Positions 58,247-64,000 of a stretch of 64,000 nt of DNA are shown here, in pieces. The notes under the pieces are model-generated. The model saw only the letters and a list, made by a program, of their open reading frames with translations. It was not told where the DNA came from and ran no database searches. Position 1 is the first letter of the stretch. Each line of letters opens with the position of its first letter. Both the position numbers and the translations under genes were made by a program. This DNA is from Eledone cirrhosa (Eukaryota), in contig OZ024763.1 in assembly GCA_964016885.1 (NCBI GenBank), positions 23,622,001 to 23,686,000 on the forward strand, read 5' to 3'.

Positions 58247-58380
58247 TTTATTTTATCGACCCTGTAAAGATGAAAGGCAAAGTTAACCTCGGTGGGATTA
58301 GAACTCAGAATGGCAAGGGCCGTAACTCTATGCTGCAAAGCATGGCATCAGACCCTCTACCGATACTGCCAATCCACCAC
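58078..58380 (-). mobile_element. SINE interrupted by (TA)n with a ~70-bp internal duplication
   Basis: tactttattttatcgaccctgtaa...actcaga occurs on both sides of the (TA)n tract 58196-58245. Confidence 0.8.
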
Positions 58381-58619
58381 ATGTCAGTCAGCCAGCCTCC
58401 CACGTCATACAGTCCACATCACAACATCAACAACAACAACAAATGACGTCATAATACAAACTAACCAGCCTCTCACACTCTACAGTCCACCTCCACAGAA
58501 CAACTACGATGCTATAGTGCATAACAACCAGCCTCCCACGCTATACAGACCACCCACACACAACACCTCCACCACCGACAACTATGACGCTATAGTGCAC
58601 ACCACACCACCACCACCAC

Positions 58620-59130
58620 CACCACCTACGACACTATACACCAGCCAGCCTTCCCCGCTATACAGACCACCACCACCACCTACGAAGCTATACCTATACA
58701 CCAGTCAAACTCCCACGCTTTACATACCACCACCACCACCTACGAAGCTATACCTATACACCAGTCAAACTCCCACGCTTTACATACCACCACCACCACC
58801 TACGAAGCTATACCTATACACCAGCCAAACTCTCACGCTTTACATACCTCCACCACCACCTACGAAGCTCTACCTATACACCAGCCAAACTCCCACGCTT
58901 TACATACCACCACCACCACCACCTACGAAGCTCTACCTATACACCAGCCAAAGTCCCACGCTTTACATACCACCACCACCACCTACGAAGCTCTACCTAT
59001 ACACCAGCCAAACTCCCACGCTTTACATACCACCATCACCAACAACAACTACAATACAATACAATGCGCCAGCCAGCCTTCCCCGCTATACAGACCACCA
59101 CCACCACCTACGAAGCTCTACTATACACTA
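58620..59130. repeat. 60-bp minisatellite, about 7 copies
   Basis: tacgaagctatacctatacaccagtcaaactcccacgctttacataccaccaccaccacc. Confidence 0.9.
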
Positions 59131-59532
59131 GCTAGCCTTCTTATCTATGTCACTTCACGTTTCAAACAACGTCATCTCACTTCCCTTTCATATCAACGAT
59201 AGCACCATTAATCTTTTAATCTTTTAATCTTGTTTGTTTTTTTCACTTTTACAGTTTGTCGTCAATTTATACATGACGCCATTTTGTTTTCGAGTTATTG
59301 TCATTGTTTTATTCGTGTTGTTGTTGTTGCTGTTGCTGCTGCTGTTGTCATTGTTTTTGTTGTTGTTGTTGTCGTTGTTGCTGTTGTTGTTGCTGTTATC
59401 ATTGCTGTTGTTCTATGTACTGTAGTACAAGTAGTAATAGTAACATGGTAATAGTAGTAGTACTATCAAATTTATAACATGATGATAGTACATGATGCTG
59501 TTAGTAAAGCGTCGAACACCCTGTTTTGTGAC

Positions 59533-59640
59533 ATATAGTTACGTCCCTTTACGTTCTGAGTTCAAATCCCGCCGAGGTTAACTTTGCCTTTCATCCTTAC
59601 GGGGATTCGATAAAATAAAGTACCAGTAATGTACTTGGGA
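59533..59640 (+). mobile_element. SINE internal fragment
   Basis: atagttacgtccctttacgttctgagttcaaatcccgccgaggttaactttgcc. Confidence 0.75.
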
Positions 59641-59726
59641 GCGGGGGGGGAGGTATTAGTTTCTTTGATTCTTGTAGTCATTGAAAAAATTGGTTCGGTT
59701 TAGGTAGGGTGGGGGGGGGGGTAGTG

Positions 59727-59758
<32 letters not shown>

Positions 59759-59840
59759 TAAGTATTTCCGTAGAAAAGGTAAAGGAAAGAAGAGTGCTCT
59801 ATGTATAGTACAGAGCTTTGTAATTAAATATATATATATA

Positions 59841-60554
<714 letters not shown>

Positions 60555-60685
60555 TAACAGATTAAAGTTTAAGCAAATTTATTATTACTATATATATATA
60601 TATTTTTTATTACACACAGACACATATATTTATTATTACACACACACTCACATATATACACATCTATTATTATACAGACACACAA

Positions 60686-60880
60686 GGGCGGTGGATTGGC
60701 AGTATCGGTAGAGGGTCGGATGCCATGCTTTGACGCGCAGAGTTACGGCCCTTGCCATTCTGAGTTCAAATCCCGCCGAGGTTAACTTTGCCTTTCATCC
60801 TTACGGGGTCGATAAAATAAAGTACCAGTAACACACTGGGTAATTGCTGGCCTTGTGCCAAACGAAGACACAATTATTAT
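60686..60880 (+). mobile_element. Octopus-type SINE (short form)
   Basis: Full-length match to the other copies. Confidence 0.85.
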
Positions 60881-61019
60881 ACAGACACACACATATAAAC
60901 ATGTATTACACACACACACACACATATGTCTATTCGTTTTTCTTTTATATTCTATTATAATTATATATATATATATATACGATATTAACAAATGGAAACT
61001 ATATTTATAAAACCATATT

Positions 61020-61084
61020 TATTTCATTATACATATTTCAAGGACACCAAGTTAAATTATGGTGTGCTTTCATCAGATAAAATA
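61020..61084 (-). ncRNA. Type I hammerhead ribozyme related to 8258-8328
   Basis: Minus strand: tattttat-CTGATGA-aagcacacca(taatttaact)tggtgtcctt-GAAAT-atgt-ATA-atgaaata. Confidence 0.75.
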
Positions 61085-61243
61085 TAATATAGATCAGTTT
61101 TATAAATAAATATTGACATACCCTTAAAGAATGCAACCATTACTGTTGAAAGCTCCCGTTTTTACTCCAAATATTTGTTGAGTGCTTTATATCAGTTATA
61201 AAAATATTTGCTTGTTGTATCCCAACAATTTAAATAGAACTTT

Positions 61244-61283
<40 letters not shown>

Positions 61284-61898
61284 AGGTGAGAGAGAGAGGG
61301 GGTGAGAGAGAGGGTGTGAGAGGGGGGGGAGAGAGATAGGGAGTGAAATACATATGCACAAACATATGTGAAAGGGATAGAGAAACATACACACATACAT
61401 AATTTACAGTTTTAAACCAGTGAGACAATTATTCGACAGAAATACAATGGCGGGAAACATTAGTACCTCTGATGATGTCGCAGATAGCCTATATATATTT
61501 ATATCTGTATTTTTAACTGCTGGTCAATCAATGATATATATATATATATAGATATATACACACACACACACATATCTATCTATCTCTCTATACACACACA
61601 TATATATCTATCTATCTCTATATAGATATATACACACACACACATATATATCTATCTATCTATATATATACATATATACATATATATATATACACACACA
61701 TATATATCTATCTCTCTATATATATATATACACACACATACACATATATATCCATACATATATATATACACACACACATATATATCCATACATATATATA
61801 TATACATACACACATATATCCATACACACATATATATATATATATATATATACTGTATATACATATACATATATATCTATACATTTATACATACATAC

Positions 61899-61930
<32 letters not shown>

Positions 61931-61974
61931 TATATATATATATATATATATTGTATATACATATATATATACCC

Positions 61975-63133
61975 ATCAATTTAATTAATTTTATATCCTT
62001 TTCATAGATGTATTTTTTTTCACTAACATCCTTATCTTAAAACTCTGGTCACCTTAGATATCTGTATTGACATTACCATTTTATAACAGCAACTGCTTGT
62101 ATACCTTCTACTGACCACCTGACCTAGTTTCACCCCTAAAATAAGTTTCAATTACTACTATTTTACTATTTGGCCAATCATTAACTTTCTATTGGTTAAT
62201 TCTAAACCTCTTACCAAACAGACAGAATATATTTGATCTTTGTTGGTTGTATTCAATGAACAAATAAAATTATTTCTGAGATCAACATATGACCTACTTC
62301 TTCCCTAAAGTAATCCATTATTATATTGGATCTTAGTTTGGTTTTATTCAATGAATAAATAAAATTATTTCTGAGGTCAACATATGACCTACTTCTTCCC
62401 TAAAGTAATCCTTCATTCATAATACTCTTTTCCATCCAAAACTGAAATCTACCTTCCTCCACCCATAATTTAAGGTTCTACTAATTCTATATCACTATCT
62501 TGACCCTCACTATCTTTGATTGGTCAATTCAAAACCTGTTCCCAAACAGACCTATTGTATTGAATCTTTGTTCTTATCAATAAACAAGTATCATTAAGGA
62601 ACTGTTTCTTTGTTTATTCAGGGCGGTGGATTGGCAGTATCGGTAGAGGGTCGGACGCCATGCTTTCCAGCATAGTTACGTCCGTTTACGATCTGAGTTC
62701 AAATCCCGCCGAGGTTGATTTTGCCTTTCATCCTTACGGGGTCGATAAAATAAAGTACCAGTAATGCACTGGTAATTGCTGGCCTTGTGCCTAAAGTAGA
62801 AACAATTATTTCTGAAGACAGCATATATATGTGTAGGTATGTATATTCCCTCTGATAGTTTGTATAAATATTGTACATAGATCTATAGAATATGCATACC
62901 AACTCTAACACATATATATCCTAGAAACGATCGTAAAATAATGAATTTTTTTAATATAAGGAACTGTTTCTTTGTTTATTCATTATTTTTTTAATAATTT
63001 ATCTTGACTCTGTTTTCCGTTTATTTTTCACCGAAAGTAGTTTTTGAATGCATCTTCTCTTTTCATGATATCCGGATTACATTGAGTTCTTCATACGGAT
63101 TGGACACTACCATAAACTTTTGGTAGATTTTTC

Positions 63134-63136
<3 letters not shown>
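61975..63136 (+). mobile_element. Longer family Q copy interrupted by a SINE; HHR at 62805-62942
   Basis: attattt-CTGAAGA-long hairpin-GAAAC-gatc-GTA-aaataat. The upstream region has an internal duplication (62250-62317 ~ 62345-62411) and resembles 36970-37045. Confidence 0.7.
62621..62810 (+). mobile_element. Octopus-type SINE (short form) with its tail fused to HHR stem I
   Basis: gggcggtggattggcag...gtagaaacaattatt followed directly by tctgaagac. Confidence 0.85.
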
Positions 63137-63173
<37 letters not shown>

Positions 63174-63292
63174 CATACATTTTTAACTGCTGGTCAATCA
63201 ATGATATATATATAGATATATATACACACACACACATATATATCCATACATATATATATATATATACATACACACATATATATCCATACATA

Positions 63293-63324
<32 letters not shown>

Positions 63325-63517
63325 CATATACATATATATATATATATATACATTTATACATACATATATATATATACATTTATACATACATATATATATA
63401 TATACATTTATACATACATATATATATATATACATTTATACATACATATATATATATATACATTTATACATACATATATATATATATACAATTATACATA
63501 CATATATATATATATAC

Positions 63518-63563
<46 letters not shown>

Positions 63564-63565
63564 TT

Positions 63566-63611
<46 letters not shown>

Positions 63612-63707
63612 TTATACATACATACATATATATATACATTTATACATACATACATATATATATATACATTTTTACATACATACATATATATATATATACA
63701 TTTTTAC

Positions 63708-63782
<75 letters not shown>

Positions 63783-64000
63783 CATACATATATATATATA
63801 TACATATATATATATATTAGGTATTTGGTTATCCTAAATGCAGTAATGGTTAATTACTACACTAGATAGAGTTGACATACGGTGAGGGGTTACTCAACGA
63901 GTTATGGAAGAATAGTTGAAGAAACTCAGTTCCTAACCCTTCTGTATTCCGGAGTGTAGATAAAGAATGAATAATTACAGGTAGACATCATAAAAAGGTA

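Noticed and set aside
58292-59131. Extensin-like ORF (PPPPTKLYLYTSQTPTLYI)n
   Set aside because: It starts inside a SINE and is the translation of a 60-bp minisatellite.
61446-61482. ggcgg-GAAAC-atta-GTA-cct-CTGATGA-tgtc as a permuted hammerhead
   Set aside because: Only 3 nt separate GUA from CUGAUGA, so stem I cannot form.

Overview
Gene-poor, microsatellite-saturated animal DNA, most likely from an octopod cephalopod. The inference rests on about 20 copies or fragments of an Octopus-type tRNA-derived SINE and on very long (TA)n/(CA)n tracts. There is one 200-N assembly gap (27972-28171). No convincing protein-coding gene is present: nearly all listed ORFs are translated simple repeats, and the only protein-like remnants are C-terminal fragments of RTE-clade LINE ORF2. 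The main signal is non-coding. Many short non-microsatellite islands sitting inside (TA)n tracts carry a type I hammerhead ribozyme (HHR) motif (stem I-CUGANGA-stem II-GAAA-stem III-NUH-stem I'). By eye I count roughly 25-30 complete, variant or half HHR motifs from at least 10 sequence families. They occur in three forms: (i) a 4.4-kb head-to-tail array of 9.4 near-identical 470-476-bp hairpin-rich units with one minimal HHR each (46025-50451), which looks like a non-LTR retrozyme/circRNA concatemer; (ii) fold-back palindromes with both 3' ends facing outward into microsatellite, often folded at HHR helix II; (iii) single copies sharing a 3' stem-loop. Together they suggest an active, (TA)n-targeting community of non-autonomous ribozyme retroelements related to Penelope-like elements (PLEs). 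All folds were assigned by eye; none was computed or tested.
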